Assembly (NCBI GenBank): GCA_049999805.1
Contig: JBNGIO010006224.1
Location: 296,361-317,670, forward strand
Length of the DNA: 21,310 bases
Direction: 5' to 3'
Origin: Folioceros fuciformis
Taxonomy: Eukaryota
Of the stretch, positions 1-10,693 are shown in pieces. The position numbers and the translations under genes were made by a program. The notes below the pieces were generated by a model. That model had not been told where the DNA came from. It saw only the letters and a list, made by a program, of their open reading frames with translations, and ran no database searches. Positions within the stretch are counted from its first letter, which is position 1; each line of letters starts with the position of its first letter.

Positions 1-1050
1 CCTAGAATCTAACAAGATGTCTCTACCTGAATGTTGCAGGTTTGAACGGGTGTATCTTTCCTGGAAGCACCTAGTCTGAAAGTGCCCGAGGGGATGGTGG
101 TAGGCACATGTGGAGCAGAAGTAGGTGTAACACAGGTTGTTTGCTCTGGGGAGCACAGCTAATTTCGTCTAACCAGATCCTGCAGGCAACTTCCAAACTG
201 GCAAGCATGTGCAGCTGGGCATGTTCGCAGCCCTGACCAGTCACGTAGAAGTCAATGATGGCTTAGGATTGGTCCTTCAGCACTAGAGTAGGAGCACAGA
301 GGTTGACACCAGGTCGGGACATTTTTTTGACCCCTGTTGCATTTTACAAGGAAGTGATGTAGTGCAGTAGTAGACAGTTTCATGTAACAAGTAGAAGATG
401 CTGTGGATGAGAACTGGGAATCTCCCAACTGGTTGTACACATCTACATGTGTAACCAAAGTCAGGACATTTGCCTGAATCAGGATGATCACATCGCCTGC
501 CCGCATGCGCTTCTGTTGTTCAGAAAACTGCAGGGAAACTAAAACCACGTCAGCAGCAGACTTCCTTTCCCGATCCGAACCTGCCCATCCAAGTCTTTGT
601 TGCCCTTGAATATTAATACAAGAAGAAGACGGAAGACTACGATGGGTTGCACCAAATCTCCCGTTGACGACGGGAAGAGCGGGGTCAAGAATGACAAGGA
701 AGGATCCCGTCCTTTCTTGCAATTTGTCGACGGAAAAAGGAGGAGGGAAAGCTAAAAAGGACAGTAACAGGCGGACTTGGAAGAAGACAGCCAAAACTGC
801 ACCAACCATGGAACTTTCGTTGCCGGTCAAGAGGGGGAGATTGTATATTCATATTTTGGAGCTGATGCGACCTAATTCGGTGAAGATTGTAGTTTGCAGC
901 TGGATGGAAGCTGACACGGAGTTCATGTGCAGATTTGATGAATCGGTGCGCATCAAGCTCCCGAAGAGAGACAAGACATGAGGTTGAAGAAGACAAGACA
1001 GGAAGTTATAAGGAGTTTGACTACACAAGTACAAGATCGAGAACCCCCAA
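1..1050 (+). mobile_element. Probable 3' end of an LTR retrotransposon: degraded internal region, polypurine tract (829-840) and start of the 3' LTR (TG at 842). LTR end not determined.
   Basis: AAGAGGGGGAGA-T-TGTATATTC at 829-850 is the typical plant LTR-element PPT/LTR junction. A TATA-like TTATAAGG lies at ~1006-1013. Upstream + strand frames are stop-riddled, and no RT/INT motifs are visible in the window. Confidence 0.45.
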
Positions 1051-1907
1051 AAATATTATTTTAAATTATTTATTCTTAATATATTTTAATATATTTCCTC
1101 TCTTCCATGTAAACACTGTTGCCAATTATTCTCGATATTTTTTCCGTTATCTCCTCTCTTTTATTTATTTATATTTAATTTTCTTTTCCTCAATTTGGTT
1201 GTATTGTTTAACATGTTTCTTTTTTCACTTGTCTCTATCTTTTATGCTTCTTTGGTGGGTTGCAAAAGGTAAGGATGTCATGCCAACTCTTAGGTCCAAT
1301 GGCTACTCTAAGTAAACACCATACTAAGTCTATGAAACACAACACTTGGTTTGTCTAAAGACACTAATAATATGGCATAAGCTGCTTTATGGCCACATTC
1401 TCATAAATGTCCATCCATATGGTTTATTTGATGTGTGATTGTTAGTGCCCATTGAGAGCAAATGACAAGACCACCCCACACACTCGAGCAACAAGGGCAA
1501 AATCTTCATGAAAAGTGGCCCTCCTTGAAAGTAATGAAACTAGAGCCCCCTCCCGAACAGCCATCAAACAAGCTTACGATTGGGTTACACAATGAAGAAT
1601 TGATTTAATTATGGAGTTCCAATAACTTCATGTCTAACCATTATTCCTATGAAGGAACACTTAAAATGGTCATTAGATTAAACAATAGCCATTAGGGTTG
1701 GCGTAACATGCTGACCCCAATACAAGTTGACAAAAACATTTGTGATGCATAGAATATCATGACCATAATACCAGACCATAAGTAGAATGTAAGTGAACAT
1801 TCATGTATGATAATAATAATGAAACAAAACCCCATAGTACTATATAATACATACAAATGTAATACATGACCTATAGTTAAGAGGACATAAGGCAAGTAAG
1901 TAACTCT

Positions 1908-4900
1908 TTAAAAACACTCAGTATATTTTTTTTCACCATGATTGATATCATTGTTAATACACCTTAGAAATTGCAACCCTTGTAAAACAATACACAACTT
2001 TCCAATAATTATTGCATTATCTACTACAGATGTGACGTCCAACTCCATAGTTATTTCCTCAAACTGTTGATCTTGTTGTATGACATGATGTAAATTGACC
2101 TGCAACATAAATTTAGATAACGTCAAATTCATTTACATGATATTTGAATAAATATAAAAAAATCTGCTTATTTTAATTTGTTAAAGCTTACTTCGCTTGT
2201 GCCTATTTGATGTTGTTGATTTAAAAGCTCATTTTTTCCTATGACTTGGAATGGGATTATGGAAACTTCTGACTCTAGTAAAAGCCTTAAAGCTTTTCGT
2301 GCTTCTTCGTGCTTCTTGGGAAGAGAAAAAGCTAGACATTTGAAAGAAGAACATGGCATACAATTACTACATGATCTTCATGTAAGTTACAAGCCAAGAT
2401 GATGCAAACTCATAGCCTTAAGTGCAACTAACCTCTACTATACAAATAAAAAGTGGAATTTTCCATGTTCTCCACGCTTGGTGTACATTGATCAGATTTG
2501 TTACAAAACTTGGAAAGAAAATCAAACTGTATGAAAATAGTTTGAATGCATGGGTCTACATGCTCTGGTTGCAACTGTAAACATCTTATTGTTAAAATAA
2601 TACAATCGTCCTTGGAAAGCATGTTGTTGGGTTCCATTGCAATAGTTGATTGGAGTTTCTTCGTTGTCATGGTATCCATGTCTGGTTCTAGATGTTTTAC
2701 ATGAATCAATAAACTTTCATGTGACTTTCAAATAGGTGAGAAGAACTTTGTAAACTATGCACTACCTACTTGATTCATCATTAATTCAAACCCTCATCAG
2801 CTATTAAAAATTCATGTGGCACCTTCAATCTCGGAAAATGTGCACTCACTATCCGCTGTCCGATCACTTTCCCAAGTTCGATCTGTCTCCAAAATTAATT
2901 GATGAATTTGGATTTGTGGCTCTATACTTTCCCAAGTTCGATCTGTCTCCAAAACTAATTGATGAATTTGGATTTGTGGCTCTATACTTTCTCGAATGTC
3001 CTCCTAGACATAACAAGAATAGCTCTCAAGTATATGTGTTTGCTCAAGGAGAAAAGATATGAAACTTGTTGTGCATCTTATTACATTAGTCAAACTCTTA
3101 CCACAATGACTTCATCTACTTCCTTTGAAATTGTAGTCTCTTTGGATAAAAGGAATCCAACACTAGAATTTGCCTCAATGTCTATGTTTTGATAATGTTT
3201 AAGAGGATTGTTAAGTTGCATCTCTTCCTCGGGCGTTGAAGATGTGATGGAGTTTTGTAGGCCTTCATTGTAGTGGATTTCACTATCTTCTATCAAAATG
3301 GAGATAGGAATTCTCGTTTTCTCACAAATCAATCCATTTGTTCGTAGCCCAGTCTCATCAATCATCTTCCCTTTCAACGATGTTGTACAATCTTTGCTTG
3401 GTTGTGATCTGGAGGAGCATACATATGATATTGTGTCTTGAGCTTTACGAGGTGTTATTGGGTGGTTTTCGTTTTTTGCAGCCTTCATATCTTCAAGCAC
3501 TGTGTGCACTTTATTACACTCTACATTTTTCCTTTGATGTGACAACATGTGTCGAATCTTTCCAGTTAAGGACTTCGGGGTACTCAATGTAGAGTTTGCA
3601 TTACTAAGAGTAGACTTCGGAGTACTTGTGCATAAAGTTGGAACCAGCTCAGTCTTCTTGGTAAACTCATGTTTACAATCCTAATAATAGGTCGTGCATA
3701 TTAATCTAATGTATGAACAAACTACACATTTTGTTGTGAGAACATGAGTTAATCATAGATCTAAATTCACTTGGAAATACCTAGTCACGAGTTTTGAGAT
3801 AAGTAGTAAAACCCCCACCCAATCCAATTTCATCCAATCCAATCCAATCCAATCCAACCCAACCCAACCCAACATAAGGTAATTATAATTAAAGATTGTG
3901 TCTAATAAAACTCACAAGAGGTAGGTTATTCATGCTTGAAATTGTGTTTGTTTCATGTAGTTTTTGCAAAGCTCGTTCATGGTTCACCTTAAGTAATTCA
4001 AGTTCTTCCATTGAACTTTGATACATTTTATTAAGATTTTCCATCTTGGCCCATGTGTCTAGTAGATGTTTTTTAACATTGTTTTTTGAATCACCTTCCA
4101 TTAAGCAATCTGCTATTACACTTTCCAACGTGCTTTGATCATCTATATCTTTCTTTTCATGCACCATAATATCCCCACTATTGTTCTCATCATGAGGATT
4201 AAATTTATACATGGGTAAAATTTCCACCTGTATTTTCCTTTCAAGAATAATGATCTTTGTCATTAGATTTCTTACAACATCATATTTTTTCAGTCAATAT
4301 TTTATTAGTCTCTTTAATTTGTATTAAAATTTTAGAGGGAGTGAGTATGTAACAAGAAGTTATCTTTACAAACTAGAAATAAAGCCTTAGAAAGTAGAAA
4401 ATATCAAAATAATTTGGGTCCTTATAGTGTAATTTTTTTCCTTAGTTTTAAGCTCTTGCATATTCTTTTAAAATATAAAACCATTACTTGTGCTGTGTAA
4501 CCATAAATCATAGACTTAAAAACAATCTTACAGCAAGAACATTTTTTAGTATCTATTGATTTGATTTTTTTTAAAGAAATCAAGAAACAGACACAATCTT
4601 TGATTCTCTAGTTATTACTAACCTCTTGTTTTGAAGTTGGTGTTTTAGCATCAAAGTCTCGGAACTCATCTACTACAGCACGTGTTGATGAATGTGTTTG
4701 AAGAGTAGCTCCAGATTGCATAGCTGGTTTCTCATACTGGGTGAGCTTGACTTTCAATTTCTCATTTTGTGAGCGCAACTCGATAACTTCTTCTTTTAAT
4801 CTTTGTACCATCTACATGAAGATTCACAGTATGCAGCCTGAGACCTAGCACCAAACCGTTGAAAGTAGAATCCATCAATTTACTTGCTACTTGAACACAA

Positions 4901-5737
4901 TTGACATGCATTACAACAACCACATCCGCACATGGATTCAAAATCCCTGAATGATATGTGACCACCTTGCAGCTACTTACATGGATTCAAAATCCCTGAA
5001 TGATATGTGACCACCTTGCAGCTACTTACATGGCTATCTCGCCCTCGAGATGCAGAGGAAGGGTGTGCACTCCAATTTCGCCGCATGGTTTCCTCCAATT
5101 GTTTTTTGAGGGTTAAGTTTTGGTCCTTGTAATATCGAATGTGTTCTCTTCTCTTTTGTGCCTCCCTTTCTTGATCTCTAAGCTTTTGTTCTAGTTCTCT
5201 TACTTTCTAAGCCATGACATACAATTTTAGATATAGTTATAAGAAGGAGATTAGTAAAATAATAATTATAACTATCAAGTACGAATATCACCTCAATGGC
5301 AACATATTGCTGGTTGATCCTTCCTATTGCAGAATACTTGGCCTTGGAAGCAACACAGTTCTGCTGAATATCATCGCGCATTTGTCGTTTCACTGTATCC
5401 TCAGCATGCGCTAATCGCACAAGGAGCCTGCAAATTCATGGGTTGAGTACAATCTCAAGAAACGTATTTCATTCAAGCGGCCAGCAGCTTGTAAGGCATG
5501 AGGCTCTTACTGTTTGTGCTGGTCTTCTCTGTGGTTAACTGCCATTTTGAGTCGGAAGACTTCCGCTTGCATTTCTAAATACCGATCCTCTGATATAGGG
5601 CCTCCCTCCCAGATGGGGCGCCCTCGTTTGGATCTGATGTCGGTTGACGCTCCATACAAACTGCATTCATCGGACATGGCACCTTTGGAGCGGGCCGAGA
5701 CAGGCCTTCGCCCATCTATCACAGACACAACATCCAT
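1908..5737 (-). CDS. RPGRIP1L: RPGRIP1L/RPGRIP1 (Fantom, NPHP8, MKS5)-like ciliary transition-zone protein, ~795 aa, 10 predicted exons
   Basis: Predicted exons (-): 5737-5511, 5427-5292, 5206-5030, 4811-4623, 4227-3916, 3680-3102, 3003-2823 (alternative same-phase donor ending at 2850), 2687-2433, 2331-2192, 2099-1908. All introns are GT-AG with consistent phases. The N-terminal EDRYLEMQAEVFRLKMAVNHREDQHKQLLVRL..KVRELEQKL resembles the RPGRIP1L first coiled coil ([38 protein letters not shown], from memory). The C-terminal DDCIILTIRCLQL..IQTIFIQFDF..IIPFQVIG..IGTSEVNLHHVIQQ..IGKLCIVLQGLQFL resembles the RPGR-interacting C2-type domain. Boundaries of exons 5, 7 and 8 are the least certain. 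Confidence 0.75.
2866..2991. repeat. 60-bp tandem duplication (2 copies + 6 bp), in frame within predicted exon 7 of the RPGRIP1L-like gene
   Basis: 2866-2925 and 2926-2985 are identical except for one base (2895 T / 2955 C), followed by ACTTTC. On the - strand this encodes ESIEPQIQIHQL(V/I)LETDRTW twice. Confidence 0.95.
3819..3873. repeat. Compound pentanucleotide microsatellite (CCAAT)n/(CCAAC)n in an intron
   Basis: ccaatccaatttcatccaatccaatccaatccaatccaacccaacccaacccaac. Confidence 0.9.
4930..5033. repeat. 49-bp perfect tandem duplication that copies the intron-3 splice donor of the RPGRIP1L-like gene
   Basis: ACATGGATTCAAAATCCCTGAATGATATGTGACCACCTTGCAGCTACTT occurs at 4930-4978 and 4979-5027, followed by ACATGG at 5028-5033. 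Confidence 0.95.
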
Positions 5738-6602
5738 GGGCCGTTAAGGTTGTCGGAAGTGAAGTTGTAGCCTAAAGCAACTGCACAGGGGAACTCATGG
5801 GGTTCAGATCCACGGCACGGCAGCCAGGTGCTGCATTGTGAGACCAATGCTTGTTTCCCAATCCTTTCTGGCTCTAACCCTAGTCCATGTGAACCGACTG
5901 CCCTGCACCAATTCAGGGGGTACTTGCGGTTTCACGCACTAAACTAATCCGACCCGATGTGTGCACAGCAGGGGACTCTCACATTTCACTCCTTCGCCCT
6001 CGGCTCTCCTTCCTGTGTTTTGAGCCGAACTTGTCTCTGGTGGAATCCGAAACGCATTACTATCAGATCAACTTTTCTGGAAGAAGGAAGGGAACGTGGC
6101 AGAGGGCGGGAAGCATTCCGAGGCTGGTGCATGATCAGAACCGGCTACATTGCACACAAGCATCCGTGCAAGGAAGGACAGTTCAAGCCGACGCGACACG
6201 GAGTCGCCTGAGACGAGTGACGTGCAGCATGACAGACCCTACCCCAGGGCTCCAAGGCAGCAGGAAAGGAGTGGAGTGCACGTACCGCCGCGGTTGGCAG
6301 GGGGAGGCGAATCGGGCCGATCGGAGTCATCCATGGAGTCCAGGTATGCAAGCTCTTCTGCTGTGCGATTCAGATAGACCATGGCTGCGCGAGTGCCTGC
6401 GCACGCGCACGTCAAGGGGCGCGCGGCTCCGATGAGAAAGCAGCTCCCGCACTCCTCCGCCAACACAGTACCGAACCGAACCGGGCAAACGTGGTCGCTT
6501 GGTCACCTAAGCCCTGCCCGTGTGAAACGCTACATTCTTGGTCACCTTTACTCTTCTCACATTCCTCATCAGCCCAACCTCTCGTGTGGTGGCGTGGTCG
6601 GG

Positions 6603-7250
6603 ATGGCGTTGCATCTTGTTGCGCACGCGCATGCCGGGCTCACCAGGCCATTTCCCGGATCCATTTCTGGATTTTGCTGCGCTCCTTGCCACTTCTCTGG
6701 ATTGCGTCAGCGTCGTGCGGGGAGTGTGAGCAGGAAAGCCAGAACATGGGCCAGGTGCAGGGGTGACAGCGAAGAGCAGGGCAACAGGGTCTCAGTGTCG
6801 GGGCCGCTGCTGTCTTTCTCCGCTATATCGCCGTTTCTGGCAGATGGAGCCGCAGCTGCAGGAGGAGGTGCAGAGGATGGCGTTCAGTTGCATTCAGGCG
6901 GTGTTGAGAGTGTAGCAGCTTTTCTACACGGCTTGCCACTGGCTGACCTAGACCCTGACACAGCACAGCTTCTGGCCAACATCTTAGGTCCTTTGTTTGC
7001 CTCATTGAATTTCCTTTTCATCTTGAGGATCGTCATGTCCTGGTACCCTGCCTTGCCGGTCGGCAAGTTCCCTTTTGTGATTGCTTATGCCCCGACTGAG
7101 CCCGTGCTTGAACCTACTAGGAGGTTCATTCCGCCTGTGGGGGGCGTTGATATTTCGCCTATCGTTTGGGTTGCATTGCTGAGCTTCCTGAATGAGATCC
7201 TTCTAGGGCAGCAAGGGTTGCTTGTTCTTTTATCTCAAGAGAGGCTCTGA
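6603..7250 (+). CDS. CCB3: Cofactor assembly of complex C subunit B CCB3 (YGGT/YlmG family, cytochrome b6 heme ci assembly), chloroplastic, 215 aa, intronless
   Basis: The C-terminal DLDPDTAQLLANILGPLFASLNFLFILRIVMSWYPALPVGKFPFVIAYAPTEPVLEPTRRFIPPVGGVDISPIVWVALLSFLNEILLGQQGLLVLLSQ matches plant CCB3. The ATG at 6603 (ggATGGCG) begins an Ala/Arg/Ser-rich, transit-peptide-like N-terminus. Confidence 0.9.
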   Translation: MALHLVAHAHAGLTRPFPGSISGFCCAPCHFSGLRQRRAGSVSRKARTWARCRGDSEEQGNRVSVSGPLLSFSAISPFLADGAAAAGGGAEDGVQLHSGGVESVAAFLHGLPLADLDPDTAQLLANILGPLFASLNFLFILRIVMSWYPALPVGKFPFVIAYAPTEPVLEPTRRFIPPVGGVDISPIVWVALLSFLNEILLGQQGLLVLLSQERL

Positions 7251-7808
7251 TTACTTAGCAGTTCCTTACAACTGTAACCACTTTTGTGCAGCAGCTGACT
7301 CCTTGACCCAATGTTCCACCGAATTGGTGGGAAATGCAGCATGGGTCTAGTGACTTCATTGTGCTGTTACTCCGGCTCCTCCTCTGTAGAAGGCTGTTTA
7401 GTCCATCACCCGGCGGTTTACCACCTGGCTCTCAAATTGTGGAACATCAGTAGCTCGGTCCACGTTGCTCACACGAAGAGCATAATACGCAAGGGGCCCT
7501 TCACAATCTAAAATGCATCCTGATCAAGTCAAACCCGGCCACGCGAGGACGTAGAACCCAGACAACAACGTGGTCCTCTACATTAAAGGCTAACCTGAAC
7601 AGAAACAGCTCCCACGTCGTCGAGTAGTTTTAACCTCAGAGATATTTGATTTAAGACAAGGAAAGCCTTTTCTTTGACATTACCAACTTGGAAGGCACAG
7701 ATACATAAACATGTTATTACACCGGAAGTGGGAACACACATGTGGGGTGGCACAAATCACAGAAACTCGATCGATGAGCCGTACTCACACCCTACACCGT
7801 TGCCTTAT

Positions 7809-9388
7809 CTATCCAGATGAATGCAAGGCCAGCTTTGCCATATGCTCCTTCCTAGGAAGCTTCACTTTGGTGGCCAAACCCACAGCTTCCAGAGCCTTAA
7901 CCACATACCACGTTGGGTCCAGCTGCCACCACTCGAGACCGTGTCGAGCAGAGTACTCGAAGGCATGATGGTTATTGTGCCACCCTTCGCCGAAGGCCAA
8001 AAGAGCTACCCACCTGGACGACCAAACGGAGCAGCTTAACATTAGATTCCAAGGACAGCACAACATCGTGGGGAATGGCTGCTCAAGAATTGCCAGAGAG
8101 TTATCCTCACCAATTGTTCCTGGAAAGATCACCAGTGTTCCACTGCTGAGTCCCCCACACATGAGAAGCCGAGTTCACAAACCATGTGATGTGATAAACC
8201 CACACCGTTCGGACAGCCTGCAGTTAACAATACTCTGTTAGACCGTGATCAGATGGGGATGGCCAACACGTAATATGGGCAGATAGAGTGACACGACATA
8301 CCATGCCCCAGACTATGTAAGGGACGCCTCCCAGCGCGTACAGTAGAACGGCCATCATCGTCGGATGAAGAGGATAGGTTTTCTGGACAAACTTGTAGAA
8401 CTTGTCATTCTGCATGTCACCAATGTTGCTGCGAGCTCCAACCTACGTGGTGCTGGGCAACGTTAGAGAAGAGAATAAACCATTGACACCTTCCTGGAGT
8501 TCAAAAATTCAGAAAGACATACCCGCTGTTCGGTTGACAGGTCATCCAGCAACCATCCCATGTGGCTGTGCCAAAAGCCTTCGTAAGGAGAGTGCGGGTC
8601 CAATGCTGTGTCACAGTGTTGATGGTGATACCTGTGGGAGCTCACCCATTCCAAAGGATCTCCCTGAATACCAGACCACACCAAGTCACTGCGTCATCAC
8701 ATCAGCTCATTGAGGAACCAAACTAACATAACTATGCTAGCTCGGTTATTCCAAGAATTAGGGGGGACAAAACCTGCACAGCTTGGACTCCGCAGTAGGC
8801 GAAAGTATACTCCAACCACTTGGGCAGCTTGAAACTCTTGTGTGACAAGTTCCGGTGATACGACAGTGTGATACCAAAAAGTCCAGTTATCACGTAAAGC
8901 AGCACAAACACTCCAAAAGCTTGCCATGAGAAAGTAAACGGGGCAAGCAAGCAGAGAGCATGCATCACCCCTAAATAGCCTCCGTACATCAAGTCCTTAG
9001 CTGTCCACTTCCTGTTCAAAAAGTAGGGCCTCTGCCTGGTCACTGGAACCTCAGAAAACCAGATTCTGCTGGCCCCCGACGTGGATGCAGCTGCAGCTTC
9101 GGTTTCCTCGCAAGCAGCCTCAACACGCACTGCACCTTGCTTCCCTGACCGAGGTCCTCCAGTGAGAACCAAGCATCGAAGCGCTGATCCTGAGAAAAAA
9201 TCTCGGGCCTGTATCCTCGTCGCCGAGCTTCTCACAGAAGCACTCCTGCTACAACAACCTCCTGCGTGGCTAGGGACTGCAACAGAACTAACAGGGCTGG
9301 CCTGCCTGTGTTTGGTAGTTTGCGACGGGGATGCCCTAGCCGGCACGTTGCACGCTCCGACAACAGGAATTGAAGCGGCAACCGCCAT
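7809..9388 (-). CDS. FAD5: Acyl-lipid (ADS family, delta-9-like) desaturase with a plastid transit peptide; probable palmitoyl-MGDG delta-7 desaturase FAD5/ADS3, ~402 aa, 5 exons
   Basis: Exons (-): 9388-8774, 8663-8523, 8442-8302, 8217-8111, 8013-7809, all GT-AG and in phase (1209 nt). Three His boxes HRNLSH, HRYHH and HNNHH, plus GITLSYHR, QGDPLEWV, DPHSPYEGFWHSHMGW and WFVNSASHVWG. The N-terminus is Ser/Ala/Arg-rich. Confidence 0.9.
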
Positions 9389-9610
9389 TGACGCTCGCTG
9401 TGCACAGAAGTGCCACCAAGTGTGCCACGGCCTCACAATCGGCGCATTTCCACCTCGAAAACACCCGCAACAGGTCTCCTCCCCGCAAAAACCTCGGGCG
9501 TCAAAACCTTTGCGGATGCCGCCCTAGTGAAATCAAAGGAAAAAAAACGAAGCCACTATCTGCACTGAGTCGCTACTGTGCTCAGCAGGCTAACCAGAAA
9601 CGAACCGAAC

Positions 9611-10230
9611 CTGCAAAAGATGCACTGGCACTGTCAGTTCAGTCCATACTGAACTCGTAGCTTCAGCAAGCGCAAGAACAAAACCAATGTAGGCTCTTGA
9701 GAGAGCCTTCTAACAACAGAGCACAACAGAATCGAATGTAATCTTAAAATGATGCGAGATGCGGAGTTGGCAGTGAACCGCACACAGCTAGGAACGAATC
9801 AGACCAGAGTCAAGGCACGCGAGTGGGAGGCATGCCGACTCACCGCACAATGCAAAATGCATATCAAACGACTGACATTCAAGGTTGGCGAATATGGACC
9901 TAGGAATGAAATCCACGAAGCAGCACAAAGCGCTGCCAACAAACAGAGCTTGCTGGGCAGGCAAGATCTCCGAAAACCGATCCTAGAAGAAGAGAATCGA
10001 CCAAACTAGAGCAAGGACAGATGTATGCACCGCACCAAAACCGCGTCCCAGCAGCAGCAGAGACAAGGACGGTTGAGGGCCAGGTTACATCAGGCGACAG
10101 GTGCCACAAGGCGGGCAGCAATCCGACAACACATGGCGTCACCTGCAGGAATTTGCAGTTCGGCGATGGCGGGCGCCCGTCACACAGAAAGCGCGAAAGG
10201 AGATCACTATTCGCAGGGCGTCTTATAAAG
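9611..10230 (-). promoter_or_regulatory. Putative TATA box (~10221-10230) and 5'-UTR intron (10142-9611) of the desaturase gene
   Basis: On the - strand: CTTTATAAGA, then a CAG|GTGACG donor ~80 nt downstream, a T-rich interior, and a TTTTGCAG|GTT acceptor at 9611/9610. No transcript evidence. Confidence 0.4.
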
Positions 10231-10693
10231 AACCGCTAAATTTGCAATGGGGTCAGGTCAGCCTGACCGTGATTAAGGTGATCGGTTAACCAAGCAAAAG
10301 AGAAATCCCGCGGGCCACTCCCAGGCCGGATAAGGTGCGGCTCCAGTGCTGCTGCCTGTCCCCTGGCCCGCCTCTTGGTGGCGAATGTGCTGGGCGAAAC
10401 CTTGGTTCTGACACCAGAGCAAATTCTGATCCTCTCGAATTCTAGAACAATATGTAGGAGACTGTCATGGTACACAAGGATAAATACTTGAAGTGGATAT
10501 TGTCGATGTCATCCTGGGGTGGGATGAAGGCATGGTGATAACCACGTCCTATACTTTCTGTTCGCACTTTCTTGGTAGCCTACGTCTAGTTAACTAGAGA
10601 GCACCAGGTATATACTTCCTTGATGACGGACATCCACTTCCAGTAAACAGCGCATAAAACATCGCCACAGCTTGCTCCTCAACGAGGCAGACG

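Noticed and set aside
252-330. WCQPLCSYS..HH*LLRDW resembling a LINE zinc-binding motif (- strand)
   Set aside because: Spacing is imperfect and there is no adjacent RT or RNase H similarity; probably chance.
935-1315. 126-aa hydrophobic ORF
   Set aside because: Its hydrophobicity comes from T-rich low-complexity DNA spanning a probable LTR edge.
2866-5033. Direct repeats as a CRISPR-like array
   Set aside because: They are adjacent two-copy duplications with no spacers, in a eukaryotic gene.
6381-6602. 74-codon in-frame N-terminal extension of CCB3 (289-aa ORF in the track)
   Set aside because: The ATG at 6603 has good context and gives a normal transit peptide and length. The extension lies in GC-rich promoter/UTR sequence.
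9389-9436. GTG-initiated extension of the desaturase ORF
   Set aside because: Bacterial-style start in a eukaryotic gene; ATG 9388 is the plausible start.
9749-9875. C/D-box snoRNA candidate (ATGATGC..CTGA)
   Set aside because: The C box is imperfect, there is no terminal stem and no recognisable rRNA guide.
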